A DNA stretch of 64,000 bases, taken from contig NC_086097.1 in assembly GCF_963921235.1 (NCBI RefSeq), positions 167,340,001-167,404,000 on the forward strand, written 5' to 3'. The number at the start of each line of letters is the position of its first letter. Within the stretch, counting starts at the first letter, position 1. This DNA is from Mobula hypostoma (lineage: Eukaryota). Shown in pieces: positions 37,692 to 51,984 of this stretch. Under the pieces are notes generated by a model. That model saw nothing but the letters and a program-made list of their open reading frames with translations, made no database searches and had not been told where the DNA came from. The position numbers were made by a program, and so were the translations under genes.

Positions 37692-38252
37692 CGTGCAGAG
37701 CATTCTGATGGACTGCATCATTGTCTAGTATGGGGGTGATGGGGAGGGGGTGGCTACTGCACAGGACCGAAAGAAGCTACCCAAGGTTGTAAAATTAGCC
37801 GGCTCCATCTTGGGTGCTAGCCTACAAAGTACCCAGGAACGTCTTCAAGGAGCAGTGTCTCAGAAAGGCAGCGTCCATTATGAAGGACCTCCAGCACCCA
37901 GGGCATGCCCTTTTCTCACTGTTACCATCAGGCAGGAGGTACAGAAGCCTGAAGGCACACACTCAGCGATTCAGGAACAGCTTCTTCCCCTCTGCCATCC
38001 GATTCCTAAATGAACATTGAACCCATGAACACTACCTCACTTTTTAATATATTATTTCTATTTTTGAATGAATTTTAATCTATTCAATATGTATATGTAT
38101 ACTGTAATTAATTTACTTATTTATTGTTATTATTATTTTTTCTTCTTCTTCTTCTACATTACGTATTGCATTGAACTGCTGCTGCTAAGTCAACAAATAT
38201 CACGTCACGTGCTGGTGATAATAAATCTGATTCTGATTCATTTCTGATTCTG
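37692..38252 (+). mobile_element. Rex1-like LINE 3' end
   Basis: CLRKAASIMKDLQHPGHALFSLLPSGRRYRSLKAHTQRFRNSFFPSAIRFLN; (TCTGAT)n tail. Confidence 0.85.
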
Positions 38253-39864
38253 AAACCTTTCATTTGAACCAACATCTGGAGACTAGTTGAAGGGACTCAA
38301 TCTGAAATGTTAACTGTGTATTAGCCTCCAATGTGTTCCTCCAGTAGTTGATTATTTCTTCATGCCCTAAATACACATACTTCAGCCTTTAGTTTAGTTT
38401 AGTTGCTTCTTAAGATGGTCCTGGATTTTGTGGGAAGATTATGAAAAATTGTGTGCGGATAGAATGGCGACAAGAGATTCTGCAGATGCTGGAAATCTTG
38501 AGCAACGCAAACAAGACACTAAAGGAACTCAGCTGGTCAGGCAGCATCTATGGAGGAAAATCCACAGCTGATTTTCGCACCAAGACCCTTCAGCAAATCC
38601 TTTGTAGATGCTGCCCGACCCATTCAGTTCCTCCAGTGTTTTGTGTGTATTGTTGAAATATCCAGCTGTGTCCAGTATCCACAGTATGATGAGTGAAATT
38701 TGAGTAGGAATCCATAGAGAAATATTTGGAGTCAGACATTTGCTACGGAAAGAAATGTGACTGAGGATTTGAGCCTTGGTTAACATCCTATTGAAGACCT
38801 GAAAGAGAAAGACACACTATTGAGGGTCAACAGGACAAATGGGCCAGGTGGAATCCCCACCAGAAAATGGAGGAGAACTTGAGGGTGGAATTTCTGCAAG
38901 AAAAGTGACAGTGAATTCAACTGTAAATGAAAATTTTAAAATATTGTAAGTGCTGGAAATCTAAAGTAAACTCAGAAAAAGCTGGAAACACTCAGCTGGT
39001 TGGGCAGCATCTGTGGAAAGAGGAACACTTAATTTTTCAGTCCCTTTTCAGATGTGTTATTCACAGATGTGAGGTAGCTGGATCCTTTAACAATGGATCG
39101 TGGAGACATTTTATTGTTCCTGAAAATCCCATCAATGTTGTTGCTATAGGCTCAGTCTCACTGATGTTGATTTAATGCAATGTTGTAGAAATGCACCAAG
39201 AGAGGTTGAAAACCCTTATGGCCAAAGTGTCCCCATAGGAAATAGTCCAGAGAAAGAAAGTTAGAGGCAATGATACTGTAAGTTTATAACCACATAACAA
39301 AGAGCAGAGTCTAGAGGAAGCCAAGTTGTGTGACAGACAGTGCTCATGAAGACACAGAGACAGAGGGTTAAGAAGAAATCCAATTACATAATTTTGTACT
39401 GGAAGTGATAGCATAGTGCTTCTGTTTATCATAGGTAATTCTTGAATAGTAGTCACTTATGGGTGTATTGGTCTGTGATAAGTTTTGAAGTTGCAATTTA
39501 GAAAATGTATGTAGAATATTGTACTGCACTGATGTAGCAACAATTGTAGAACACAATGAAAAATTAATCATATATGAATCCAAACTCTGAAGAATCTTTA
39601 AGAGACACATTAATTCTGCTTCTCTCTCCACAGACATACCGTAAGACCATAAGGTGCTGTCAGACCTGCTAAGAATTTCCAGCATTTTCTGTTTCTATTT
39701 AATTATACATGAAGGTATTACCCAGGTGACCCCTTGAGATGGTTAGCACTAGGAGTTGGTCTTCTAGAGATATTAAATTTAGATTAAGGCATTGAGAATG
39801 GAGTTGAGAGTTGAACCAGACAGGATGTGTGCTTGGTCACGTGTCTGGTCTGTATGTCAAGAAA

Positions 39865-40595
39865 ACCACCCTTCCCTCAATGTCGCAAAAACAAAGGAAC
39901 TGGTTGGGGACTACAATGGAGACAGGCTAACTCCTATTGCATCAATGGATCTGAGGTTGAGAGGGTGAACAGCTTTAAGTTCCTTGGCATACACATCACC
40001 GAGGATCTCACATGATCTGTACGTACTGGCTGTGTGGTGAAAAAAGTACAACATCGCCTCTTTCACCTCAGACGGTTGAAGAAGTTTGACATGAGTCTCC
40101 AAATCCTAAGGACTTTCTACAGGAGCACAACTGAGAGCATTCTGATTGGCTGCATCACTGCCTGGTATGGGAACTGTACTTCCCTCAATCACAGGACTCT
40201 GCAGAGAGTGGTGTAGACAGCCCAGCACATCTGTGGATGTGAATTTCCCACTATTCAGGACATTTACGGAAACAGGTGCATAAAAAGGGCCTTGAAGGGT
40301 CATTGAGGACCCGAGTCACCCCAAATACAAACTGTTCCAGCTGTTACCATCCGGGAAACAGTACCACAGCATAAAAGCCAGGACCAACAGGCTCTGGGAC
40401 AGTTTCTTCCACCAGGCCATCAGATTGATTAATTTGCACTTATACAATTGTATTTCTATGCTATATTGACTGTTCTGTTGTACATACTATTTATTACAAA
40501 TTACTATAGATTGCACATTGCACATTTAGACAGAGACGTAACATAAAGATTTTTACTCATGTATGTGAAGGATGTAAGAAATAAAGTCAATTCAT
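39865..40595 (+). mobile_element. Rex1-like LINE 3' end
   Basis: ERVNSFKFLGIHITEDL and ESILIGCITAWYGNC; AATAAAGTCAATTC tail. Confidence 0.85.
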
Positions 40596-40671
40596 ATGCA
40601 TGTACACTTAGTGTTCCCCTTTTCATTGTAGTGCACTTAATCCTCGGTCTGGAACACTCACAGATACATAT

Positions 40672-40850
40672 ACTCAGTGGCCACTTTATCAGTTACAACT
40701 GCTTGTTAAAGCAAATATCTAATCAGCTAATCATGTGATAGCAACTTAATGTATAAAAGCATGCAGACATGGTCAAGAGGTTCAGTTGTTTTTCGACATC
40801 AGAGTGGGGAAGAAATGTGATCTAAGTGACATTGACTGTGGAGTGAATGT
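40672..40850 (+). mobile_element. 5' end of a second Tc1 family
   Basis: TA + (Y)ACTCAGTGGCCACTTTAT terminus, then GKKCDLSDIDCG resembling a Tc1 transposase N-terminus. Confidence 0.6.
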
Positions 40851-40994
40851 GGAAAGCTGTTGTTGGGGTGGGTGTGTTACATTTTTTAAAGGAAAAACAG
40901 TGTAATATATATTGAATGCTTATGTACCTTTAATAAGAGTGTGAGCTTTGATACACTGCTGTAATGGCCGCAGCCGCCGCAGCTGTTCATCACA

Positions 40995-42325
40995 ATCAGG
41001 TTTAATATCACTGGCATATGTTATGAAATTTGTTGTTTTGTGGCAACAATACATTTCAATACATCATAATAATAAAACAATACATTACAATATATGTTGC
41101 TTATTGTAATTTATAGTTTTACAGAGCAAAAAAAAGAAAAACAATACTGAAGTGGTGCTCATAGGTTCATTGTCCAGACAGAAATCTGATGGTGAAGGGG
41201 AAGAAGCTGTTCCTGAATGTGTATCTTCAGCAACATTCCCTCTAACGTTTTTTTTACAGCTAAACTGATTGTTCTGAGCAGGAAGATTTTTTTACATGGT
41301 TTGAAAACTCAGTGCCACTCTATGTTAACACGATATAAAAGAAAATTCCAGCTGTATGGCAACAAAGGCTATGTACGCGGGAACATTTTAGCTACTGCGC
41401 GGTCACACAGCCACACAGCTTGGAGGGAACGGAGGTTTTCAGGCTCCTGTACCTCCTCCTTATTGGTAGCAATGAGAAGAGTCGTGTCCTGGGTGATGTG
41501 GGAACTTAATGATGGATGCCACTTTTCTGAGGCATGGAGTTTTGAAGGTGTCTTCGATGCTGGGGAGGCTAGTGCCCATCATGGAGCTGACTGAGTCTGT
41601 AACTTTCCACTACTTTTTCTGATCCAGCACAATAGCCTCTTTATACGTATCAGTGATGCAACCAGTTAGAATGGTCTCCAAGGTACATCTGTAGAGATTT
41701 GCAAAAGTCTTTCATGTCATACCATCACCTCAAACTTCTGCTGTCATGTCTTCTTTGTAATTGCATCAATATGTTGACCCAAGGTAGACCTTCAGAGATA
41801 CTGAATTTAAAATAGCTCACCCTGATCTCTCAATGAGGACTGGTGTGTGGTCTTTTATTTCCCCTTCCTGAGGTCCGCAAACAGTTCCATGGTCTTACTG
41901 ACATTGAGCGCAAGGTTGTTGTTGCAGTACCACTCAACCTGCTGACCTATCTCACTCTTTTATGACTTTTCATCACCAGCTGAAATTCTGCCAACAATAA
42001 TTGTGCCATCTGCAAATTTATAGATGGCATTTGAGCTGTGCCATACCACACAGTTGTGGATGTAGAAAGAGTCGAGTAGTGGGCTAAGCATGCATCGTTG
42101 AGGTGCGCCAGTGCTGACCGTCAGTAAGGAGGAGATGTAATTTCCAAGCTGCACTGACTGTGGAGTTCTGATGAGCAAGTTAAGGATCCAGTTGCAGAGA
42201 GAGATTTTGAGATCCAGGTTCTGGAGCTTGTTGATTAGTACTGAGGGTATGCTGGTGTTAAATGCTGAGCAGTAATCACTAAACAGCAGCCTGACATAGG
42301 TATTGCTATTGGTCAGCTGATTCAT
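40995..42325 (-). mobile_element. Rex1/Babar LINE RT region and 3' end
   Basis: ORF 41960-42325: YVRLLFSDYCSAFNT, GAPQRCMLSPLL, YKFADGT. Confidence 0.85.
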
Positions 42326-43276
42326 GGAGAGTTGACTGCCATTAATAATTGGTGTCTGCTTAGTAACTTGTTACTGAGCGGTAGGAAGGAGACAATGGAT
42401 TCCAACTAGTTGTGACAATAAAGTAAATGCCTTAGGGTGCTGTTCTCACTTCGCAGTCTCTGGTACTCAACTTCCTGCTGGTGGCATTTCCCAGCAGGAG
42501 TGAATCTGAACACTCCACCAAGTATTTAATCCTCTGGGTTGGAGAACTGTCAGCCGTGTTCTCTGCCAGACGCTCATCAGAGCAGTTCATAAATAAAGCA
42601 ATAACCTATATTATGTATCTACTTTGTGTGTGGAGAATGGCCTTCCACCAGCATCCTGTGAATGCTTAAATTGTGTAATTGACTGATCAATTTGAGTGTA
42701 TGTTTGAAATTAGCCTTGAATGTAGGCAGATCCATGAAAGGTTGTACCAGATTGGTAAAAACACCAAGTTAAATTCATTGTTCCAATTTTTTCTTTTGAT
42801 TTTATTTCTTTTGCTGAAGATAATTGGCAAAAAAAAAGGATAAGGGTCGTGAGGAGGGCGGTTTTTATAGAGTAGAATTTGGGGACAAATTAGAGGCTCT
42901 TTCAAAGTGACAAGTAAGAAAAAATGACCAAGAAACTTCTCTGATAATTCTTCTAAATTTTGACAATCCCAGTTTATTTAATAAGCCTTGTTTATTCTGT
43001 CCAGCATAAGACGTAAGAAATAGTAGCAGGAGTAGGCTATATGGCCCGTCGAACATAGAAATCTACAACACACTACAGGCCCTTCAGTCCACAATGTTGT
43101 GCTGACTATGTAACGTACTCTAGAAACTGCCTAGAATTTCCCTAGCGCATAGCCCTCTATTTTTCTAAGCTCCTTGTACCTACCTAAGAAAAGTCTCTTA
43201 AAAGACCCTATTGTATCCACCTTTACCACTGTCACTGGCAGTGCATTCCACACACCCACCACTCTGTGTGAAAAAA

Positions 43277-43558
43277 GTCTGTCCCGAGCCTTTGTGGCCC
43301 ATCAGGCCAGTGTTTATGCCGGTTTCTGTGGCGTGAAGCTCTGAGAGTACGAGACTCCCCCCCCCCCCCGGATAGAACGCCAGTCTATTGCGAGGTTAAC
43401 CCCCAGCATTTGTTGGTACCCATTTTCAGCTGGGTGGACTGGAGCAGTGTATGGTTAAGTGCCTTGCTCAAAGACACAACACGCTGCCTTGGCCGAGACT
43501 CGAACCCATGACCTTCAGATTGTGAGCTCAACGCCGGAACCACTTGGCCGCGCACCAC
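43277..43558 (-). mobile_element. tRNA-derived SINE with Meta-type central domain, between CR1 3' fragments
   Basis: Minus: A box GGCCAAGTGG, B box GGTTCGAGTCT, then GTGTCTTTGAGCAAGGCACTTAACC..CCACCCAGCTGAAAATGGGTACC. Superfamily assignment from recall. Confidence 0.7.
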
Positions 43559-44671
43559 ATATGTACCTATCTAAGAGGCTTTAAAAAGACCCTTTTGTAT
43601 CCGCATCCCCCACCGACACTGGCAGTGCATTCCATGCACCCACCACTCTCTGTGTGAAAAACATACCCCTGACGTACCCTCGGTACCTTTTTCCAAGCAC
43701 CTTAAAACTATGCCCACTTGTGTTAGCCATTTCAGCCCTGGGAAAAAGCATCTGGCTATCCACACAATCAATGCCCCTCATCATCATATACACCTCATGC
43801 ATCGAGCTGGCTCCGCAATTCAATAAGATCATGGCTGATCTGGCCATGGACTCATCTCCACCTACCTGCCCGTTCCCCATAACCCTTAATTCCCCTGCTA
43901 TATAAAAAACATAATCTTTAGTTTTTTTGCTGAGAACACTTAGCTGGTCAAGCAGCAACTATGGAAACAGAAGAGAATCTAGGACAAAGAAAACAAACTG
44001 CTGGAGGAAGTTAGCAGATCAGACAGCATGAATAGAGGGAAGTTCAAACTTCCCTCACTGAACTCCTGTGGCAGCTACTATGTGGAAAGAGAAACATGTT
44101 TAACGGTTTCAGATCAAAGACCCTCTTTTCAGATTTCCATCATCTACTGTTTTTTTATTTAAGATTAAAGAAGAGTTTTAGTTCTAACATGTACATCATT
44201 AGATTGAAATGCCTCGTTTGCATCAAATCAAATCAGCAAGGATTGTGCTGGGCAACCCACAAATGCCACCATGCTTCTGATGCCATCATAGATTGCCCAT
44301 CACTCGCTAACCCTAACATGAACGTCTTTGGAAGGTAGAAGGAAACTCATGTAGTCACGAATAGAACATACAAGCCACTTACAGATTGTATTGAGAATCA
44401 AACCTTGATCTTACGGCTTGATGCTGTAAAGCATTGCTCTATCTGCTACGCTAACATGCCCCAAGTCTTTTCCTTTTTATACTTCTTTTCACTTTTAAAT
44501 GTATTGATGCTCTGAAAAACCATCCTTCAAAACACTTGGTCAGAAATTCACAGAATGCATCCAAAGCAGTTGCTTAGAGGTTTCCCCACTTAAACACAAG
44601 CTTTTAGGACCCGACAGGATAGATGTGGAACTGATGTCTTGTCTGCTTGTGTGCTTTGAATAATGGCTCAC

Positions 44672-47600
44672 TGTCATAGCCCCGACAGAGCAGCAGCAGG
44701 CATCCAGGTTTCCGTGCTCCACTTCCCCTGAGTTTGACTAGCTGCCACTGTCCCTTTAAGATTCAGACTACCAATTATTGCCTGCCATATTCCTTCATGG
44801 AAAGTCAGTACGTAGAGGCCTCATGCTGAGCACTCAGTGCTCAATCATAGGAGTTCCATTTCTAGTACTATAGTTTGTGATGTCTCCTTTTGAGTTTGTA
44901 TGTGTTGTCTTGTTGAGTCTTGACTTTACTCTGCACTTGGGTTCACCACCACCCAAAGCTCTCTTGTTCCAGCATGATTGAGCCATTGTGAACCCAACAG
45001 CATATGAATGTCTGTGAACTGCATTGGCCTACCAGGGAACAATTGTAGGTAGGCATGACAACATGCTTCAGGAGATCCTCACTATTCTCTGACTCTGGTA
45101 GGCAGGATCTGAGTTCAGCCAGAGTGTCTGAAAGTTCTGAGCATGTACAAGCTGGAGACTCTGTCAATACTTGTGAGGGATTGCTGCACCTACCGGCTCC
45201 CAAGCTGTACAATGCTAACCCAAAGTATTCTGAGGATTCTTAGTACAATACTTCTTGGCCTTCAAGTTACAGGCATCCAAGTTCCTGGCAGAATGCAGTG
45301 AGGTAGTCTATATCATCTAACTCCTAACTGGAAGAGCCCTTGCCTGGGCCACCACACTCTGGGAGAAGGATTCATCCATCTGCGCCAGTGCGAACATCTC
45401 TTCAGAGACTCTGAGGAGGGTGTTCTATCTCCCCACTGGAGGACATAGGTCTGTGTTACAGCTCCTCAACTTGTTCCAGGGGAATCGGACTGGCCGATTA
45501 TTCCAAAAAATTCTGTACCTTGGTGGCAGACAGCAGTTGGAATCTGGAAGAACTAAATGCTCTATTCCATAATGGATTGAGTTATGTGCTAAACAATGTC
45601 CTTGCAGTCCAAGACCTGGTGGAGGATCTAGAGAATCTTATGAACCTGCTAATTTGACGATAACTGATAGATGGAAAGGAGAAGGGATAGCCTAAGGGGA
45701 TGATTCAGAAGACACTCCTCTCCCATACTATCCTCTGTCCTCTCCTATTCCCCGGGCTAGGGCTCCTCCTCGACTGCCGCCGATCACAGCTTCTGAGGAG
45801 TCTCTGCAAGTAGGGTGGACCAGGCTCTCTCTAGCCAAAAGAGAGAGAGAGAAAGGGAGAGGTACAACATTTACTGTGAAAAGGCTGGACATTATCAGAC
45901 CTCTTGACCCAAGCTGCGGAGAAACTCCCAGGAACATCTTGCCTAGGGAGGGCTGTGATGGATGAAGTCCAGGCTTAGCTTCCTCCCCATGTCACTTTCA
46001 TGGGGAGATCAGAAATATTTCCTAGATGTTTTTATTGACTCCGGTGCAGCTTTTTTGGACCTTGGACTGGCCAGAAGATAGAAAATTCCCTTTCCGCGTC
46101 TCAACCAGTGGCTCGATGCTACGGCCTTGGATGGGAGACCATAAAACCATAGGATATAGGAGCAGAATTAGGGCAGTTGACCCATCGAGTCTTCTCCACC
46201 ATTTCATAATGGCTGATTCAATTTTCCTCTCAGCGCCAAACTCCTGTCTTCTTCCCCTATCCCTTCATGCCCCGACCAATCATGAATCTATCAATCGCTT
46301 CCTTAACATTGCATTTGCCTCTCTGACCTGCAAATTAACCTCATGGAATCCTGCACAAGGACTCCCAAGTCCCTTTGCATCTCAGTCTTTTTGTATTTAG
46401 AAAATAGTCAACCCTTTCATTTTTTTCTACCAAAGTGCATGACCATACACTACCTGACACTATATTCCATCTGCCATTTCTTTACCCATTCTCCAAATCT
46501 ATCTAAGTCCTTCTGTAGCCTCTCTACTTCCTCAAAACTACCCGCCCTCCACCTATCTTCATGTTACCTGCAAAGTAATTGATTCCATCATGCAAATCAT
46601 TGACATATGACATAAAAAGAATCGGCCCCTGTGGAACACCACCAGCAGCCAGCCAGAAAAGGCTTCCTTTATTCCCACTCTTTGCCTCCTGCCAATCAGC
46701 CACTGCTTTATCCATGCTAGAATTTTTCCTGTAATACCATGAGCTCATAGTTTGTTAAGCAGCCTCATGCGTGGCAACTTGTCAAAGGCCTTCTGAAATT
46801 CCAAGTGCACAGCATCAACCAATTCTCCTTTGTCTATCCTGAATGTTACTACTTTAAGTAATCCCAACAGATTCGTCACGCAAGATTTTCTCTTGAGGAA
46901 GCCATGCAAAGTACGGCCTATTTTATCATGTGCCTCCAAGTATCCTGAGACCTCATCCTTAATTATCGACTTCAACATCTTCCCAACCACTGAGTTCAGA
47001 CAAACTGGCCTGGAGTTTCCTTTCTGGAAAGAGTGGAGTGACATTTGCAATTTCCTAGTCTTCTAGAAACATTCCAGAATCTAGTCATTCTTGAAAGATC
47101 ATTACTAATGCCTCCACAATCTCTTCAGCCACCTCTTTCAAAACTCTGGGGGTGTACACCATCTGGCCGGGGTGACTTATTTACCTTCAACCCTCTCAGT
47201 TTCCCGAGAACCTTCTATCTAGTTATGGTAACTTCACACACCTCATGCCCCCGACACCTGGAACTTCCATCATACTGCTAGTGTCTTCGACAGTGAAGAC
47301 TGATGCAAAATACTCATTCAGTTTATCCGTTATTTCGTTATCCCCCATTACTACCTCTCCAGCATCATTTGCCAGTGGTCCAATGTCCACTCTTACCTCT
47401 CTTTTACACTTTATGTATCTGAAAAAACTCTTGGTATCTTCTTTAATATTATTGGGTAGCTTACTTTCATATTCAATCTTTACCTTCTTAATGACTTTTA
47501 GTTGCCTTCTGTTGGTTTTTAAAAGCTTCTCAATCCTTGAACTTCCCGCTAATCTTAGCTCTATTATATGCCCTCTCTTTGGCTGTTGGTTTTGACTCCT

Positions 47601-48341
47601 CTGGTTAGTCATGGTTCTTTAACCTGTGCCTTCTGAATTGCTTCCAGTGCTTGCAGAAACTGCAGCCATTGCTGCTCTGCTCTGCCGTTATCCCTGCCAG
47701 TGTTCCTATCCAATCAATTCTATCATCTCCAAGCACCATGCGGTTTCACCCTACATTCCACGCATCTTGCCTCAGGCCCATGAGTGCCAGTCCCTTGGTT
47801 CTGGTTCCCAGATTTGTTCAGGGACAATCCGCCTACAAAGAAGGATTACTTCTGGACACCCACGTTGTTCAAGGGAAAAGGTGGTATCTCATGAATCAGG
47901 AGTAATATGGCTCAAAAGAAAGAAGCTGGCTTCCTTCACGGGACACCTCCGATCCTACCTTGATAGAGGACTTTCACCACCACCATTCTGGTCAGCCTGG
48001 GCCATCAGGAGCTAGACATAAGGGTGCGGTGGGGGGTGATTCTGTCATGGTCCTGACTGAACAGCTATAGGCATCCAAGTTTCAGTGCTCCAACTCCCGA
48101 GTATAGTTAGCTGCCACTGTCCCTTTAAGACTCAGACTGCCCATTATTGCCTGCCACATCCCTTCATAGAAACTTTGTACTTAAAGGCCTTGTGCTGTGC
48201 ACTCAGAGCTCAATTGTAGGAGTTAAATTTCTAGTGCTGCTGTTTGAGATTTGGCCTATGTTACCTTGTTTATTTCAAGTCTGAGTTTGTTCTAGACCTT
48301 ACTCTGCACTTGGGTTCTCACCATCCTTTCCTCTCATTAAA
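44672..48341 (+). mobile_element. Two-LTR Ty3/Gypsy element, internally deleted; LTRs 44672-44971 and 48043-48341
   Basis: Both ~300-bp LTRs start TGTCAT and share AGCTGCCACTGTCCCTTTAAGA and CTCTGCACTTGGGTTC; gag remnants, FIDSGAA protease at ~46030, G-rich tract before 48043; flanks CTCAC / CTCAG. Confidence 0.88.
46138..47615 (-). mobile_element. CR1 fragment nested in the Gypsy element
   Basis: NIKEDTKSFFRYIK and EFQKAFDKLP; ACCATAAAACCATAGG tail at 46138. Confidence 0.85.
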
Positions 48342-50682
48342 CTCAGTTTCAAAGTAAGAGCTTGCTATTCAAGACCGAAAAGCAAAGAAATTTCTTCAGT
48401 GGAATTTGAGCTCTGTCACTACATATATTCAAGACAGATTTTTAGAGTGGGGATGCTGGATATGAAGGGAATCAAAGGATACTATATGTGTTTCTTATGG
48501 AAAGGTGGTGTTGGCGCCAAGGAAATAGCCATCACTGTGTTGACTATCAAGTATCCATTTACCAATCCTATGTTAATCCCATTTTCTGTTGCCCACATTC
48601 CCATCAACTTCCCCAGATTATACCACTTCTTTTCAACATAGGGACTTCTCAGCAGCTATTTAATCTACCAACATCTTTGCTCTGTAGGAGAGTTCACAGC
48701 TCACCAGAGTGGAGAATTCTAAAGATTCACCTTCTTCTGAATGAGGAAATTTCACCCAATCACAGTCCTTGCCAAGATGCCCCGTCCAAGCTAATCCCAT
48801 TTGCCAATAGTTAGCCCTAACCTTCCAAACCTTTCCAATCCATGTACCTGTCTATCTGTCTTTTTAAAGTTGCTATTGTACCTGCTGCAATCACTTCCTC
48901 TGGCAGTTCATTCCACAGATACCACCCTTCATGGATACATAAAAAAATAAGTTGCCCCTCAAGTTTCTATGAAATCTCTTCCCGCTCACCTTAAACCTAT
49001 GCCCTCTAGAGTACTACAGCACAGGAACCTTGGCCTGCATAGTCCATGCCAAGCTGTTTGTTTCACCTAGTACCATCTAACTGCACCAGGTCCATAGTCA
49101 TCCATACCCTTCTCATCCAGGAACCTATCCAAACTTCTCATAAGTTTTTCAGTTAAACCCACACCCACCACTTCCGCTGGCAGCTCAATCCACACTCGCA
49201 CCACTCTGTGAGTGAGACTCAATTCTTGATTCTCCAACCCGAGGGAAAAATACACTATTTATGCTCCTTATGATTGTTCCCACCTCTAGAAGATTACCCT
49301 TCAGTCTCTAACCTCTAGGGAATAAAGCTGCCTCCTCCACTTTGCTCTCAATGTTAAGGTTTCATAGTAGAAGATACGCCCATCAAAAGTGGGTTGAGTT
49401 TGAAAAGAATATTTAAACAAATATATTTGCAGGACCAAGAGCCTGCAAACACATGATGTTTGCTAAACAGGGTCTCATGCGAGCTAGCACATGGACAGCC
49501 AAGGATTTATTGTGGTCACGGATGGTCCAAGGCATTTGAGCAGTCAAGTTGAGAATAACAAAAGTATGGATAGTCTGCCTTCCATTGCTTGCTTCCGGAA
49601 TAGTATATCCAACAACCTCACTTAAAATCTTTGTGGAATTCATTGCTGTCAACTTTGAAACCCTAGGCTTCTCACAGAGTGGTTCACTAACTCATTTTCA
49701 CAGCACAAAATGGTCCTCTAGATACTTGTAAACATGTAAGCTAGAAGAAAAAGTAATAAATAAAGATTTGCTGATAACCTGGAAATTACTCCATTGCATA
49801 CAAGTTATGAAGTTGAACAGATGGCTAAACCAATTGTTTTTGCTGTTGTACTTTACATTAAGCACTGGGGCACATTTATTTCCCTAAACTAACTTAAAAA
49901 TCCCTGCAGTACTTGACAGGGGCTGCACTTAGTTTTATGGCAATCATTAATCCACCAAGGAGATGCAGAGAAGATACGTTTAGTTTATCTTCAAATCAAT
50001 TTGTGCATGATAACATTATCTACAATAAGCAGATTTGTAGATCTGATTTCAGCATAAAGTAAAATAGTTGGGATTCTGTGTTTGGCGAGATCAATACCAA
50101 TATTCATGCTGCCATTCCAATGGAAATCTCAGAGTAGCAGTATTTGTCTAGCACCTTTTGCAACCTCGGAAAGTCTAGCAACACATTGCAGCTAAATAAA
50201 TACTTTCAAGGCATAATTGTTTTGCAATTCGGGCATAAGTCCTTTGTATGCTATCAACCAAGCCAGTTGGACTGACTTTCCAAACAGCAAAGGAGATAAC
50301 AGGGATGTTGGCAGTCTCAGTGTTGAGATTCACTGCATTCTGACAATGCCTGCTGGCATTAACTGGGATGTGGGCAAAATGGTTTCATTTGAAGCTCATT
50401 CCTCAAACAATCCTTGCACTGTTCTGGAGTTACAAGATCTCATCAACTAACTCCTGTGGTTATCCCCTTTTTTCACAGAAAAGCTCAGTGTTAAATAGTT
50501 ACCCTTTTAGCTCTGAGCCAAGTATTACCTTCTGAGCAGTTTCCTTGTGTAGGAAGATCCAAGTCTACCCAGCAGCTAATGCCAAACAAGTGCTTGTCTG
50601 GGCAACTTGGTTAATTAAAGAGGCCTGACAGATATGGGTTCAAGTCCTTCACCAGAAACTTTGCCATGATTGTCTTGTTTTT

Positions 50683-51071
50683 GCCAGGTCCCATGGCGTT
50701 ACTTAAAATGAAGAAGTTGTCTTCAGGGCCTGGCCAATACTTATAAACCAAATTTACAAAAGCTGATAATCAATTTGTGTTATTGTCTTTTCTATGAAAT
50801 TTTGCAACTACAGAGTCCCGGGTTACAACAGGGCACCTGTTGATGATAATTTTTCATTAGTGGGCAATGAACAGAAAGAATGTGTGGGCGAAGATCACAA
50901 AAAAGGCTGTAATGGGAGAGTGAACACCAGTCAGCTTATAGACTCAGGTCATGAATCTGCTCGGAGCTCCCAATTCAGCTCGGCTCAACCCACTGCACAA
51001 TTTTGCAGAATTGAGTGGGGTGGGGATGTGGAGGGAAGGCACACAGAAATGCCTGATCCACACCCAGATGC
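50683..51071 (+). repeat. Copy 1 of a ~400-bp local duplication (copy 2 at 53580-53987)
   Basis: Colinear shared blocks such as TTTGTGTTATTGTCTTTTCTATGAAATTT, GGTTACAACAGGGCACC, GGCTGTAATGGGAGAGTGA, CGGCTCAACCC, CCCAGATGC. Confidence 0.85.
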
Positions 51072-51984
51072 CTGTAGCCCTGCAGAAACTAGCAAATCCA
51101 ACCCCATCCACCCTGCTGGGCTCCTAGGAAAATTCTCACCTTATTCCTGAGAAAGACCACGTGCATACAAACCTCGAAGCAGCTGGCACTGCGGATCAAA
51201 CCCACTGCAAATATCACTTGCACCTCGATTACATAGAGCCCCACAGTCAATCTGCAACTGGCTAACTGCAAGTCAATCTCATCGACTCACCTGTGAAATT
51301 AGCTAATTTCAAAAAAAATTATCAGAAAATGTACGTAAATTCAAAGATTGGTGAGTGAGCTTGTTATGTCCATTGCAGGTGTCCATAAGTCAAGCATTTG
51401 TAACACACATACAGACTACAAGTGCACTTGGAAATGCAAGCTTTCCTCCTATATTAGAGTCATTAAGTTACACAGCACCAAAATTGGCCCTTCCTGCCTA
51501 TTATGTCCATCCCAACCTTTTTGCTCACCACTAATTTGATTTGCCTGTATTAGGTTTGTATGTGTCTATAGCTTGCTTATTTCAGTGTTTAACTAAATGT
51601 GGTAAGTCAATGTGTAATTCCACTGCCTTGACTTGCAAGATCAGCCTCCATCAGCTTAAAAATCGTCACTTCAGATTCCCTTTAAAACTCTGTCATTTAA
51701 ACTTATGCCCTCTTCAAAGCTAGAACATCGAATGGGCTTTTTGGCCCATGACACTGTGCTAAACTAATTAAGTTAATGACATATCATCCATTCTGCCTGC
51801 ACATGGTCCATATCCATCTATCACCTGTATGTTCATGTATCTACGTATCTACAAGACTCTTAAATGCCTCAATATTTTCTGCTTCAAACTCTGCCCCTGG
51901 CAGTGCAAACTGTGCACCTATCACCATCTGTGTAAAATAACCTGCCTTAACATCCTTTTAAACTTTCCTCTTCTCAGTTTACCG

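Noticed and set aside
42470..42510. 9-bp hairpin TCCTGCTGG/CCAGCAGGA
   Set aside because: Short enough to arise by chance in 64 kb; no RNA family features.
43470..43558. tRNA-like sequence (also at 14877-14945)
   Set aside because: These are SINE heads running into SINE bodies, with no complete cloverleaf.
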